In this document: positions 1 to 10,174 of the stretch, piece by piece
Position numbering within the stretch: the first letter of the stretch is position 1
Layout: every line of letters starts with the position of its first letter
Assembly (NCBI RefSeq): GCF_000341895.1
Contig: NC_020409.1
Span: 870,001-902,000, forward strand
Direction: 5' to 3'
From: Pseudodesulfovibrio piezophilus C1TLV30
Lineage (GTDB): Bacteria; Desulfobacterota; Desulfovibrionia; Desulfovibrionales; Desulfovibrionaceae
Length of the DNA stretch: 32,000 bases
Position numbers and translations under genes: made by a program
The notes under the pieces: model-generated
Databases searched by the model: none
The model's input: only the letters and a program-made list of their open reading frames with translations
What the model was told of the DNA's origin: nothing

Positions 1-1
1 A

Positions 2-277
2 AATGTCCTTGATCTGGCGGACAAGGTACAGTTTGATGGTCAGAAGTACTGGCTCAATGATGATGGAGAAAGAAAAGGACCTTTCTGTCAGGTATGTTAC
101 GATCGAGACGGCCTTCTGGTCCACTTACAGGAACGCGACAATCACTGGGAGTGCCAAAGCTGCAACAGCCTTTACATTCTCCCGCGGGAAGATTCATCTC
201 CACCCAAGAAGAAATCTGAAGCCCGGTCAACAGTAAAAAAGACTATCCCGCTCTTTCTTGAACGAGAGTTGGGGTAA
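2..277 (+). CDS. 3' end of a CDS entering from the left edge; C-terminal CxxC...CxxC zinc-ribbon-like tail, product unknown
   Basis: Frame 2 is open from the window edge to TAA at 275-277. It reads ...KGPFCQVCYDRDGLLVHLQERDNHWECQSCNSLYILPRE... It is absent from the ORF track because it has no in-window start. A hairpin terminator follows at 297-319. I prefer it to track ORF 3..236, whose translation looks non-protein-like. Confidence 0.55.
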   Translation, partial: NVLDLADKVQFDGQKYWLNDDGERKGPFCQVCYDRDGLLVHLQERDNHWECQSCNSLYILPREDSSPPKKKSEARSTVKKTIPLFLERELG

Positions 278-296
278 TCATTATTAAGACAATAAA

Positions 297-319
297 AAAC
301 GCAGCATATTGCTGCGTTT
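297..319. terminator. Bidirectional intrinsic terminator between convergent genes
   Basis: The hairpin is aaacgcagca-tat-tgctgcgttt. The GC core is cgcagc/gctgcg. An A-run lies upstream and a T-run downstream. It sits between the stop at 277 (+) and the stop at 349 (-). Confidence 0.7.
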
Positions 320-348
320 CTTATTGTCTTATCCTCACCGGTGAAGCC

Positions 349-1686
349 TTAGAGAAACTTGGTGCCGAGCAAAGTGGTTTTCCGTACCCACTTTTCAAGC
401 ATTTTTTCATCGCTGAACTGGACAACTCCATATGCAAGGTCATCAGTATCCATGCCGGGAAGATAAATAAACACGGCTAGATTCTTGGTGGCTCTTCTGT
501 GTTCTTTCCATAAAGTCGTCGCAAAATCCGTCAAGCCGGCAGAACTTGGCAGCGTCGAGGAGGAAAGGAAGACCTTGAGCGTAATCCAGGATTCCCCATA
601 TCGTCGAGCCTCAGATTTTTCAAGCAAACGATACTGATAGCCATGTATAGTTTTATCAGCTATCGGATCAGGACGCTTGGCTCCCGAAAAGCGAGTCCGG
701 TCTATCACCATACTTTTTCTCGTCGCGGCAACCGATTCCCCGGCTACAGCTTTTCGAGTCTCTACTTTAGCTGATGATCCGCGAGGACTGCCCTCGTGAC
801 GATTGGATTCCGATCCGCTCTCCAAAAGACTTTGCAATGCATAGCCCATGGCTCTTTTTTCCATACGAAGAGGTTCATTTTCTGCAAAAACAGCGTACCA
901 ACCGTTTTTTAAAAAATCCACGCGAACCCTTTCGCCAGGCTGCACAGTCCGAACATAGCGGGCCCCAGTCGTTCTCTGCTCACGAATATTTACTTTACGT
1001 TGAACAGTCACGACCTTGCCCCATATGCCCGATGGTGTTTCATCTGGTTGCGAGATACCCTTTTCCTCTTTGCTGGAAACTGTCTTCTCTATTTCTCTCG
1101 GGGGAGTCACTTTGACACGAGTCCGATTCTCGGATTTGGCAGGGCCAGGAGTTGTCACTCCTGTACTCCCAGCAGGTTCCATATATTCACTACTTGCATA
1201 GCCTATGCCGTTCATTTGAGAACGAATCGTCGCATCCGGGGCAAAAACCATTACCCACTCGTCATCGGGAAAATCAATTTTCACGGTTTCGCCGATATCA
1301 AGAAGCGTCACCTTCGCCCCCCGAGTAGATGGTTGAGAACGAACATTGAGCTTTTGCGTGGTTTTCATCAGTGTTCCCCACGCCTTCGGCTCGACCCGAG
1401 TCTGCTCCGTCTTCAAGAACTTGACATTGGAGTATCCTACAGCCGCATCTTCACTGGCGTTGCTTTCGCCAGGTTCAAAAACTGCAACCCAGCCATCTTT
1501 CAGGAAGGCGACACGCACCATCTGTCCAGGATATAAACTGCCAACCCATTCAGCCTTTGCCGAACGGGATTTCCGAAGGTTGAGAGGACGATCTGGAAAA
1601 CGAATTTCACCAAAAGCCAGAGCCGAAGAAACAGTCAGCAATGCAACACTCAAAGTCAGTATCGTCACAATATAATATTTTCGCAT
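349..1686 (-). CDS. Exported protein with three bacterial SH3 (SH3b)-like repeats and an uncharacterised C-terminal domain
   Basis: The N-terminal signal peptide is MRKYYIVTILTLSVALLTVSSALA. Three repeats follow the pattern LN(V/L)R...G..V.V.F...GW.AVF, a typical SH3_3 signature. The last ~120 aa carry no motif I recognise. Confidence 0.7.
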   Translation of the reverse strand: MRKYYIVTILTLSVALLTVSSALAFGEIRFPDRPLNLRKSRSAKAEWVGSLYPGQMVRVAFLKDGWVAVFEPGESNASEDAAVGYSNVKFLKTEQTRVEPKAWGTLMKTTQKLNVRSQPSTRGAKVTLLDIGETVKIDFPDDEWVMVFAPDATIRSQMNGIGYASSEYMEPAGSTGVTTPGPAKSENRTRVKVTPPREIEKTVSSKEEKGISQPDETPSGIWGKVVTVQRKVNIREQRTTGARYVRTVQPGERVRVDFLKNGWYAVFAENEPLRMEKRAMGYALQSLLESGSESNRHEGSPRGSSAKVETRKAVAGESVAATRKSMVIDRTRFSGAKRPDPIADKTIHGYQYRLLEKSEARRYGESWITLKVFLSSSTLPSSAGLTDFATTLWKEHRRATKNLAVFIYLPGMDTDDLAYGVVQFSDEKMLEKWVRKTTLLGTKFL

Positions 1687-1699
1687 AGGGAGTCAGCCT

Positions 1700-2206
1700 C
1701 TAGAGCATGGAGTTGAGTTCACGAATAACACGATCGGTAATGTCCATAGAATTATCAACATACCCAATAACCTCCGGGTCTGTGAGGATCATGGTAAATC
1801 CGCCTTCCTGAGCAATGGCTTGCAGTAATGAATCTGCCCTATGCATGATAAACCGAATGAGGTGACGCTCTTCAGCCTGAATGTCCGTATTGCTCATCTC
1901 CACTATCTGTTCATATGAACGGGCAGACAACCGGAGTGACTGTTCAAGAGATTGTTGCTCTGCCACAGACAAAGTATCACTTTCCAGTTTTTTCTTGAGC
2001 ACCTCAACGTCATGAAGCGCCTCACGTACCCGACGATCTTTCTCCTTTCCCAAATGAGCGAGGTCTTCCTGAGCTATCTGCCCAATCCGGGACTCACTGA
2101 TTATCCGCTGCGGGTTGACAAAACCGACCTTGGAGCTTTGCGCCGCAGCAATGGGAACGATCAAGAAAATACAAAACAAAAAAAGACATATTTTAAATAA
2201 TTTCAT
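1700..2206 (-). CDS. skp: OmpH/Skp-family periplasmic chaperone
   Basis: The signal peptide is MKLFKICLFLFCIFLIVPIAAAQ, followed by VGFVNPQRI and a long charged coiled-coil region typical of OmpH. I chose the start at the internal Met (2206); the track ORF extends to 2230. Confidence 0.7.
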   Translation of the reverse strand: MKLFKICLFLFCIFLIVPIAAAQSSKVGFVNPQRIISESRIGQIAQEDLAHLGKEKDRRVREALHDVEVLKKKLESDTLSVAEQQSLEQSLRLSARSYEQIVEMSNTDIQAEERHLIRFIMHRADSLLQAIAQEGGFTMILTDPEVIGYVDNSMDITDRVIRELNSML

Positions 2207-2277
2207 TATGATAACCCTTTTTATCCTCATCAGTATTTTCTACTCTAGCCATAAAGCACAGATGTTGTCGAGACGAG

Positions 2278-4641
2278 TTACAGCGTGGTTAACGGGTCCA
2301 GGTCAAGAGCGGTACGAATTTTCCCTGGATTGGGATTACTTTGGGCTACATGGGCGTATAAAGTCCGCAATTTTCCCCAATCATCTCCTTTCAGCAAACA
2401 ATTGAAGCGCAACCGCCCTCGTAACATGGAGAGAGGAGCAGGAGCAGGACCAAGGGCCATAATACCCAAATTGGTAGCCTGCTGCTTTATAATGCGCGTA
2501 AAAAGAGAAAGAGAGGCTTGTCCATCACCATAATCCGAAGGGTAGCTTATACGGATCAATGCCAACCTTGAAAAAGGGGGATATTTAAACATCTTTCGCC
2601 GCCCGATTTCCCGCTCAAAAAAACCTCGATAGTCTCCCCCCAAAACTTCATTCCAAATGGGATGCCCGGGATTTCGTGTCTGAATAAGCACTTTGCCCGG
2701 AGTTGTTCCTCGACCGGCCCGCCCTGCGACCTGAACCAAAAGCTGAAAAGTCCGCTCGGAGGATCTGTAATCAGGCAAATTCAACCCTAAATCCCCATCG
2801 ACCACAGTTACCAATGTGACATTGGGAAAATGGTGCCCCTTGGAGATCATCTGTGTCCCGACCAAAACCTGTGCATCTCCTCGTCCGAATGCATCGAGAA
2901 TCTCTTCCATACGTTCTTGCCGCCGGGTTGCATCTCTGTCCAGACGGAGGACTTTCGTCCCTTCCGGCAATGTCTCGCTCAAATATTCTTCCAACCGCTC
3001 AGTCCCTTCTCCCATAGGCAGGAAATTTCCCCCTCCGCACTTGGAACAAAGCATGGGATAATGATAGGACATCCCACAATAATGACACACAACCCGCTGT
3101 CTGCCCTTGTGATAAGTCATACCGACCTCACACTCGGGGCACCGAACAGTCTCACCACAATCCAGACAATACATCAGAGGCGCATATCCCCGACGATTGA
3201 GCATCACAATGGCCTGTTTTCCAGACTTCACAGTCTCCTTGAGCGCTTCAATAGTCCGAGGGGCAAAGGCCTGTTTCGAATTCGTTAATTCAGCAATATC
3301 AACAAGCTCAACTTCCGGGAGAACAGAGTCCCCAACTCGCTCCTTAAGAGTGGAAACCGGTATAGCTCCCGTGGCCGCTGCTTGAAACGTCTTGATATCC
3401 GGCGTCGCCGAGCCAAGGACAAGAAGCCCGCCCGACTTTTCCACCCGGTACCATGCGACTTCCTTGGCATGATAAGCGAGGCGATCTTCCTGCTTGAATG
3501 ACTCATCATGCTCTTCGTCCATAATAACCATGCCTAGATTGCCTAACGGCAAAAAAAGAGCGGATCGAGTGCCGACAACAATCACAGGAGCCGTCTCACC
3601 TGCCAGGTCGGTGAAAGTCATTTCACGCTTCCTGGGGCTTTGATATCCATGGTGAAAGACAACCTGCTGTCCCGGAAAGTGCTCAGTGACATTTCGATAG
3701 AGCTTGCAGGCGAGTGCGACTTCCGGGGCGAGCAAGATAACAGAGCGTCCCTGTTTCAGGCACCGTTCCACCATCTCCAGATAAACAACGGTTTTTCCGC
3801 TCCCAGTCACTCCGTAAACAAGATGTGCCCCGCCCCCTTTGGAAAAAGATACTTCCATCTCCTGAATGGCAACCTGTTGCTCCGAAGTTAGGTCATAGAC
3901 TGGAGATTCCATCAGATCACAGGTTCTACTTCCGTCAATCTCATCCATGGTGTCAGCTGTCAGTTCTCCCAGAGCGACCAAGCCGCGTCCCTCCATCTTT
4001 GCCGCAATATCAGGCGCCCATTCTCCAAGGGAATGCTTAAGGGCAAAGAGTGACTGAGGCCCATTATCAAGAAGATGTTCGAGGATACGAATCTGCCGTT
4101 TGGCGTTGGGGCGAACAGCCCATGGCGGATCGGAAACAAGCGAAACAAACCGTTCCTCGGCTTCCCGTTGGGCATTAATGCGAACACGCATTCGGCCATC
4201 CAACCACAAGGTCATCAAGGCATTGATATCTTCCGTTCCAAAACGGGCCAGTTCCGAAGGACGAACCGTTCCGGGAAGTTTCCGTTCCGACACATGCTTA
4301 TCGACTCGAAAGGTCACTGCTGCCGTACGCAAACCACGGGGAAGAAGAATCTCAAGGATTCTCCCGACACTTGCCATCTGACGTGCGCCCAGATTCTCGG
4401 CCATATCCAAATAATCGGCATCCAGAAGTGGAGCCAATTCCAATGGCCATATGAGCGGTTTCAGGGAAATACCTTCTGGTGCAGAGGAGCATGACCCCAT
4501 GACGACACCCATGCGATGAGATCGCCCAAGGGGGACTATCACACGCTGTCCGGCCTGCAAATCAGGGAAAAAAGAAGGTCGCTCGTAAGTCAAAACCTGA
4601 TACGGTGGACTGACGAGCGTAACCTGCCAAAGGTCGGCCAT
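2278..4641 (-). CDS. priA: Primosomal protein N' (replication restart helicase PriA)
   Basis: Walker A is GVTGSGKT and the DEAH-like box is MDEEHD. The Cys-rich zinc insert is CLDCGETVRCPECEVGMTYHKGRQRVVCHYCGMSYHYPMLCSKCGG. The length is 787 aa. Confidence 0.95.
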   Translation of the reverse strand: MADLWQVTLVSPPYQVLTYERPSFFPDLQAGQRVIVPLGRSHRMGVVMGSCSSAPEGISLKPLIWPLELAPLLDADYLDMAENLGARQMASVGRILEILLPRGLRTAAVTFRVDKHVSERKLPGTVRPSELARFGTEDINALMTLWLDGRMRVRINAQREAEERFVSLVSDPPWAVRPNAKRQIRILEHLLDNGPQSLFALKHSLGEWAPDIAAKMEGRGLVALGELTADTMDEIDGSRTCDLMESPVYDLTSEQQVAIQEMEVSFSKGGGAHLVYGVTGSGKTVVYLEMVERCLKQGRSVILLAPEVALACKLYRNVTEHFPGQQVVFHHGYQSPRKREMTFTDLAGETAPVIVVGTRSALFLPLGNLGMVIMDEEHDESFKQEDRLAYHAKEVAWYRVEKSGGLLVLGSATPDIKTFQAAATGAIPVSTLKERVGDSVLPEVELVDIAELTNSKQAFAPRTIEALKETVKSGKQAIVMLNRRGYAPLMYCLDCGETVRCPECEVGMTYHKGRQRVVCHYCGMSYHYPMLCSKCGGGNFLPMGEGTERLEEYLSETLPEGTKVLRLDRDATRRQERMEEILDAFGRGDAQVLVGTQMISKGHHFPNVTLVTVVDGDLGLNLPDYRSSERTFQLLVQVAGRAGRGTTPGKVLIQTRNPGHPIWNEVLGGDYRGFFEREIGRRKMFKYPPFSRLALIRISYPSDYGDGQASLSLFTRIIKQQATNLGIMALGPAPAPLSMLRGRLRFNCLLKGDDWGKLRTLYAHVAQSNPNPGKIRTALDLDPLTTL

Positions 4642-4647
4642 AATGAA

Positions 4648-5379
4648 CTACGGGCCTGCGGGGTAATGAAAAAACTCGCCCAGTATATCAAACGGCGACG
4701 GAGGCGACAGACACTGTTTTACGGACAAGGAATTCCCAGAATACAAATCCTCGCCATTTGCCCTATTCACTTCAATCCACTTGACTTTCACCATGAGAAC
4801 ACGATCGCCCCCCATGGTAACCCGTACCATTTCAGGAAGACGAAACCCCTTGAAGGTTGTGTATTCCCCGTAGTTCACGGAAAAGAGCGTCCCCTCGGAC
4901 AAAAATCGAATCATTATCGGAGAAAAGTCTTCGTTATTCAAATAGACCGCCGGCGAAGTCTTATCATCCTCATCTGCCCCATACATGTAGCATGGCAGGT
5001 CGTCACAGAATCCGAGGCTACGGGTCGCGTTGTCCACGCCCCATGCCTTCCATGTCTCGACAGGATTCGGGACCATCCAAACAAATAACGGCGAAACAGC
5101 GAACTCTTCTGCCGTGCATTTGGACAATCCATGGCCATTGATTCCCACAGCCTGTGCACCGGAATTCCACTCTTGCCGCCACTTTCCTCGCGCATACCAA
5201 AGATGAGCGCTGACATCGGGAAATCCAGGAAATGTCATTTCCGCTTCCCACGAAGAGAGAGCACCGTAGTTTTCATGCAAAAGCTCCGTAAGCTCACTGT
5301 CATCCGGTGCAAAAGCGAATGCAGGAAGAGAATACAGGCAAAGACACACAAATATGAAAATTCTCATCAACTGGAACAA
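4648..5379 (-). CDS. Hypothetical exported protein, function unknown
   Basis: The N-terminus MRIFIFVCLCLYSLPAFAFA looks like a signal peptide, and I recognise no catalytic motif. An alternative start at 5367 overlaps the galU stop as TGATG. The stop lies 6 nt before the priA start. Confidence 0.6.
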   Translation of the reverse strand: MFQLMRIFIFVCLCLYSLPAFAFAPDDSELTELLHENYGALSSWEAEMTFPGFPDVSAHLWYARGKWRQEWNSGAQAVGINGHGLSKCTAEEFAVSPLFVWMVPNPVETWKAWGVDNATRSLGFCDDLPCYMYGADEDDKTSPAVYLNNEDFSPIMIRFLSEGTLFSVNYGEYTTFKGFRLPEMVRVTMGGDRVLMVKVKWIEVNRANGEDLYSGNSLSVKQCLSPPSPFDILGEFFHYPAGP

Positions 5380-6239
5380 GATAAAAGCTCCTGAAGCCGC
5401 TTGACAAGGTCGTCACGAAGTTCTTCGTCATGCAGAGCGAAATAAATGTTTGCGGTAAGATATTCCACCCAATCCCCTGCGTCAAACCGTTGTCCACCCA
5501 ATTTCACGGCAAGCAATTTGTCCTGGTCAGCAAGTCCCTGCAAGGCATCTGTGAGCTGAATCTCGCCGCCCACACCAGCTTTTTGCCCTTCGAGGATGTC
5601 AAATATCTCGGGAAGGAGAACATATCTACCAATAATTGCAAGATTGGAAGGCGCTTCCTCCGGTGAAGGTTTCTCGACAAGTTGCGTAACCCTGTAGCGA
5701 TCATTGCCGATTTCTTCGCCATTGATCACACCATACTTACTGACTTTTTCCTGTGGAACTTCGATAACGCCAACAACGGCCTTCCCTGTCTCACGGGCAG
5801 CATTCAAAAGCTCCCCGATCCCGGCATTGATACCGAACATCAAGTCATCACCCAGCATAACGGCAAATGCTTCATTTTTACATGTCTCACGCGCGGTGAG
5901 CACGGCGTGCCCCAGTCCAAGCTGCTCTTTCTGGCGTACTGCAATGACATTCACCAGATCCGCGACCCGGCGAACTTCTTCCAGAAGACGAGTCTTCCCT
6001 GCACGCTCAAGAAGTTGTTCCAACAAAAAATTTCGATCAAAATGATCTTCGATGATCGTTTTATTCTGATTGGTAACAAAGACAACATCCGTCAATCCAG
6101 CGTCAATTCCCTCTTCCACAATATACTGTACGATCGGTTTGCGGAAGATGGGCAGCATCTCCTTGGGGACGTTTTTAGTGGCAGGAAGTGAACGGGTTCC
6201 CCAACCGGCAACGGGTATGACAGCCTTCTTGATTTCCAT
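5367..6239 (-). CDS. galU: UTP--glucose-1-phosphate uridylyltransferase
   Basis: The N-terminal motif is KAVIPVAGWGTRSLPATKNVPKEMLP. VEKP is present further on. The length of 290 aa is typical. Confidence 0.93.
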   Translation of the reverse strand: MEIKKAVIPVAGWGTRSLPATKNVPKEMLPIFRKPIVQYIVEEGIDAGLTDVVFVTNQNKTIIEDHFDRNFLLEQLLERAGKTRLLEEVRRVADLVNVIAVRQKEQLGLGHAVLTARETCKNEAFAVMLGDDLMFGINAGIGELLNAARETGKAVVGVIEVPQEKVSKYGVINGEEIGNDRYRVTQLVEKPSPEEAPSNLAIIGRYVLLPEIFDILEGQKAGVGGEIQLTDALQGLADQDKLLAVKLGGQRFDAGDWVEYLTANIYFALHDEELRDDLVKRLQELLSCSS

Positions 6240-6255
6240 GATTTCCCCTTGGTTC

Positions 6256-7608
6256 TTATTTCAAATACTTTTCACAGGCATCGACGATGTCGTTTGCGTA
6301 CAGGTCCACACGATCCCTGTCTGGTCCTTCGACCATAACACGACAAACGGCTTCCGTGCCAGAGTATCTCAAAAGGACTCGCCCTTTTCCGGTAAGAGCC
6401 TGCTCAACCTTCTGCACGGCTTCTTGAACCTGAGGCGCATCACCGAATGGAATCTTCCGTTCGACATGCACATTTTTGAGCACTTGTGGGAATGGCTCCA
6501 GCAAGCCTGCCAATTCAGAGAGCGGCTTCTGTTTTTCGCACATGATCCTCAACAACTGAAGGGCAGCCAACAGCCCATCCCCTGTCGTTGAATGCTCCAT
6601 GAAAATAAGATGCCCCGATTGTTCTCCACCAAGCATGGCTCCTTCTCGACGCATGGCCTCAACCACATACCGGTCTCCCACGGCTGTCCGCAACAACTGC
6701 CCGCCATTTTCCTGCATAAAAATTTCAAGGGCCATATTAGACATGACGGTTGAAACAAGCATATTCTTGGGAAGTTTTCCTTTCTCCAATAATTCCAAAG
6801 CAGAAAGAGCCATAATCTGATCACCGTCAAGAATGCGTCCCTTCTCATCGCACACAATAAGCCGATCCGCATCACCATCAAGCGCAATACCCAGATGGGC
6901 ATTTTCATCCTGAACGATACTCGATATGACTTCCGGGTACAGGGAACCGCATTTTTGATTGATGTTCAAACCGTTCGGTTCCACACCTACCTGAATGACT
7001 TCAGCCCCTAATTCTTCAAGAACTTTAGGGGCAACATTGTATGCTGCACCATGAGCGCAATCCAAAACAACCTTCAGTCCATCCAAGGTCAGCTTATCTG
7101 AAAAACTATTCTTCAAATAGACGATATACCGCCCAGCGGCATCGTTGATTCGTTTGGTACGTCCGATATTTTCGGGAGCTGGATAATCCCAGTTCGTCTT
7201 GCTGTCGAGGACGAGTTCACTGATCTCGTCCTCAACCTCATCCGGCAATTTAAATCCATTGGGGTCGAAGAACTTAATGCCGTTATCCATGAAAGGATTG
7301 TGAGAAGCAGAGATAACGACGCCAAGTGAAGCGCGCATGGAACGAGTCAGAAATGAGATAGCCGGGGTCGGCATGGGGCCGACAAGAAAAACATCCATCC
7401 CATTGGCACACAACCCGGAGGTTAATGCCGTTTCGAAAACATAACCCGACAACCGGGTATCCTTCCCAATGACCACTCGATGATGCTTTAAACCATTACG
7501 AAAATATTGCCCTGCGGCCAATCCGAGCCTTAGAGCAATTTCAGGTGTCATGGGGTATATATTACCTTGGCCACGCAGACCGTCGGTACCAAAAAGCCGT
7601 TGTTTCAT
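6256..7608 (-). CDS. glmM: Phosphoglucosamine mutase
   Basis: FGTDGLRG occurs at the N-terminus. The phosphoserine loop is [16 protein letters not shown] and the metal loop is ALDGDADR. The length is 450 aa. Confidence 0.95.
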   Translation of the reverse strand: MKQRLFGTDGLRGQGNIYPMTPEIALRLGLAAGQYFRNGLKHHRVVIGKDTRLSGYVFETALTSGLCANGMDVFLVGPMPTPAISFLTRSMRASLGVVISASHNPFMDNGIKFFDPNGFKLPDEVEDEISELVLDSKTNWDYPAPENIGRTKRINDAAGRYIVYLKNSFSDKLTLDGLKVVLDCAHGAAYNVAPKVLEELGAEVIQVGVEPNGLNINQKCGSLYPEVISSIVQDENAHLGIALDGDADRLIVCDEKGRILDGDQIMALSALELLEKGKLPKNMLVSTVMSNMALEIFMQENGGQLLRTAVGDRYVVEAMRREGAMLGGEQSGHLIFMEHSTTGDGLLAALQLLRIMCEKQKPLSELAGLLEPFPQVLKNVHVERKIPFGDAPQVQEAVQKVEQALTGKGRVLLRYSGTEAVCRVMVEGPDRDRVDLYANDIVDACEKYLK

Positions 7609-7638
7609 CTATAACTCCATAGCCTCGCATATGCCGGG

Positions 7639-8544
7639 CTATTTTTTTCGTATTGTCGCGGAGACAGTCTCAGGATTTTTTTTCAGCAAACGGCACCCTT
7701 CAGGAAGAACGAGATCATATTCTAATGAATAGGTTCCCGGTGCTGTCTCACCGCCAAAAAGGACGGTTGCACTCATATCCTTACGGAACTCATTATTACG
7801 AAAAAGGAAAATTGGCCCTTCAATATTCAGCCGGACAAAATCCTGCTGAACTTCCGCCTGATACCCTTCAGGAGCAATGGCAGAAAGTGGCAATTTAACC
7901 CATATATCTCGCATTTTAGGCCCGAAGAAAGCTTCCACGCGAACCTGACTGGGGGAAGCCTCGATATTCTCCGGGAGATGAAGTCCTACGTCTTCGACCC
8001 AACTTCTCGGCACTTCATTGGGAAAATCTTCTTCGAGAACAACATTGGCTTTGTTGATCTTTCGCAATTGCGTTTCCGGTCCTCTGATCTCAACAAGATC
8101 GGGAGCGGTAATGACTTCAAGCAATTGGTAATCAGGATTCAATGAACCGGACCACGCAGACTCCAATGGAATTTTCTTGGAGATTCGGCGATCCACAACC
8201 AAAGTCAACCTGTTGGGCTTGATTTCAATGACTTCATATGAAGCAGTGAGAGGGAGCTTTGCAGAATCAATTTCCATGACCTGCTTCCCCGCGCGAAGCT
8301 TGCTGACATCCAGAGGATACGTAAGATGCTGTGAAGCGAGACTGTCAACCAACCCTTTCGGGCCACGGAGACGGACCTGGATTTTATCAACCAAACCGTC
8401 CTCAATAATCATTCCCTCAGGAGGATTGGTCATGACCACTGGCATTTCAAGCCACGTTTCAACCACTTCTCGTCCGGTGACTAGGAACCATGTGAAGATA
8501 GCCAGAGCAAGAGCAAGAATCATTGTTTGCCAATTCTTCATCAT
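7639..8544 (-). CDS. cdaR: YbbR-domain protein, CdaA regulator (CdaR)
   Basis: It has a single N-terminal TM helix followed by repeated YbbR-like beta-rich modules. It sits in the canonical position between cdaA and glmM. Confidence 0.8.
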   Translation of the reverse strand: MMKNWQTMILALALAIFTWFLVTGREVVETWLEMPVVMTNPPEGMIIEDGLVDKIQVRLRGPKGLVDSLASQHLTYPLDVSKLRAGKQVMEIDSAKLPLTASYEVIEIKPNRLTLVVDRRISKKIPLESAWSGSLNPDYQLLEVITAPDLVEIRGPETQLRKINKANVVLEEDFPNEVPRSWVEDVGLHLPENIEASPSQVRVEAFFGPKMRDIWVKLPLSAIAPEGYQAEVQQDFVRLNIEGPIFLFRNNEFRKDMSATVLFGGETAPGTYSLEYDLVLPEGCRLLKKNPETVSATIRKK

Positions 8545-8547
8545 AAC

Positions 8548-9297
8548 TCAGCGCCCCAAAGCGTTTCTCAAGACCCGACGCAAACGGATGGCATCCAGAC
8601 TGGTAGTCAGTCGTCCATTCATAGCAACAGAAACCTCACCTCTTTCCTCGGAAACGACAATGGTGATGGCGTCAGACCCTTCGCTGATTCCCAAAGCCGC
8701 CCGATGCCGGGTACCGTACATTGGTTGGCCACGCAATTTATTTGATAAGGGAAGGATGCAAGCGGCGGCAACGATTCTGTCTCGCCTGACGATTACGGCA
8801 CCATCATGAAGTGGGGTCTCAGTTACGAAAATAGTCTTGAGCAGTTCAGTGCTTATCTTGGCATCAACCTCTACCCCCCTCTCAATAATATCACCAAGAG
8901 GCATCGATTTCTCGATGACAACGATAGCCCCGGTATGCGTCATAGACATGGCCATAACCGCTTCAGTGAGTTGATCAAGGGTGGTATCACGAACATTCGA
9001 CTTTGCCCAAAACCGTTTGGTCCCAACACTTGCCAATCCCATTCGGATGTCATTTTTGAATAAAATGACAACAACAAGGAAGATGGACGTCAGGAACTCC
9101 CCAAGCAGGGCATTGAGAGTATAGAGATTAAAAATATCAGAAATGTAGTAGACGACCAGAACAACAACCAGCCCGTAGAGAACGGCCGCAGCTCGGGTGC
9201 CCCGAACCAACAGGATTACATTGTAATACAGAAAGGCAACCAGCCCGATATCGAGCACGACGCGCCAGGTTATTTGTATCCCGAAAAGTTCAAACAT
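8548..9297 (-). CDS. cdaA: Diadenylate cyclase (membrane-anchored, c-di-AMP synthase)
   Basis: Three N-terminal TM helices precede a DAC domain. The domain carries HDGAVIV and GTRHRAALGISEGSDAITIVVSEERGEVS (the DGA and RHR motifs). Confidence 0.92.
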   Translation of the reverse strand: MFELFGIQITWRVVLDIGLVAFLYYNVILLVRGTRAAAVLYGLVVVLVVYYISDIFNLYTLNALLGEFLTSIFLVVVILFKNDIRMGLASVGTKRFWAKSNVRDTTLDQLTEAVMAMSMTHTGAIVVIEKSMPLGDIIERGVEVDAKISTELLKTIFVTETPLHDGAVIVRRDRIVAAACILPLSNKLRGQPMYGTRHRAALGISEGSDAITIVVSEERGEVSVAMNGRLTTSLDAIRLRRVLRNALGR

Positions 9298-9305
9298 AAT
9301 TTTGA

Positions 9306-10145
9306 CTACGCTATTTCCTGAACGATGGTCAATGTTTGACGAGCAAGATTTACCTCATGAACGCGGTGAATAGGGACTCCTTTGGCGGCAAGCAAAGCTG
9401 TGGCCACCTGAGTCGCATTCTGCCTTTCACCAACACCAAGCCCGAGCAGCCCCTGCCAGAGAGACTTGTTTGAAAGCCCCATGTAAAGCGGTAAACCCAG
9501 TTTCTCAAATCGATTTATATTCTTGAGAATGGTCAGGTTGTGCTCAAGAAGTTTACCAAAGCCGATTCCGGGATCGAGAACAATCCGGTCTCGGGGCAAC
9601 CCGACTTTGTCCAACATCTCCAAACGCGATTCAAAAAAAGCAAGAAGAGTATCAACGACATCATCATATTGAGGTGCATCTTGCATATCTTCAGGTCGCC
9701 CCAAACTATGCATCAATACGTATCCAGGCTTAAATTGTCCGATAATATCAAGCAACGCAGGGTCGAATGCACAAGCTGAAACATCATTGAGAATATCCGC
9801 CCCTGCTTCAAGTGCAGCTGCGGCAACTTCGGCCTTGTAAGTATCAACCGAAAGGACAGTATTCCCATTTGCTTCGGCCAGTTCTTTGATGACCGGAATA
9901 ACCCGAGCCATCTCATCTTCAGCAGAAACATGGTCCGCATACGGACGGGTCGATTCGCCACCTATATCCAGGATATGTGCCCCCTGCTCGGCCAGCAGCA
10001 GACCATGGGCCACACTCGCATCCACACTGTCGTGTTCTCCCCCATCATAAAATGAATCAGGAGTCACATTGACAATTCCAGCAATAAAGAAGGGGGCAGG
10101 TCCAAGAACCTTGCCCCCTTTTACTGTCCATATCGTATTATTCAT
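9306..10145 (-). CDS. folP: Dihydropteroate synthase
   Basis: GIVNVTPDSFYDGG, ILDIGGESTRP and the D-P-G-I-G-F-G-K loop (LDPGIGFGK) are all present. Confidence 0.95.
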   Translation of the reverse strand: MNNTIWTVKGGKVLGPAPFFIAGIVNVTPDSFYDGGEHDSVDASVAHGLLLAEQGAHILDIGGESTRPYADHVSAEDEMARVIPVIKELAEANGNTVLSVDTYKAEVAAAALEAGADILNDVSACAFDPALLDIIGQFKPGYVLMHSLGRPEDMQDAPQYDDVVDTLLAFFESRLEMLDKVGLPRDRIVLDPGIGFGKLLEHNLTILKNINRFEKLGLPLYMGLSNKSLWQGLLGLGVGERQNATQVATALLAAKGVPIHRVHEVNLARQTLTIVQEIA

Positions 10146-10174
10146 AGTCGGTAATGCCGATATCCATCAATATG

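Noticed and set aside
3-236. Track ORF of 77 aa at the left edge.
   Set aside because: Its composition is odd (MSLIWRTRYSLMVRSTGSMMM...). It overlaps a better open frame (frame 2) that ends at 277 and is followed by a terminator.
8177-8809. 210-aa plus-strand ORF spanning the cdaR/cdaA junction. Similar antisense ORFs occur at 1000..1536, 6070..6591, 14459..15013 and 31273..31851.
   Set aside because: All are antisense to confidently assigned genes. All have Arg/Ser/Cys/His-rich composition and no translation signals.
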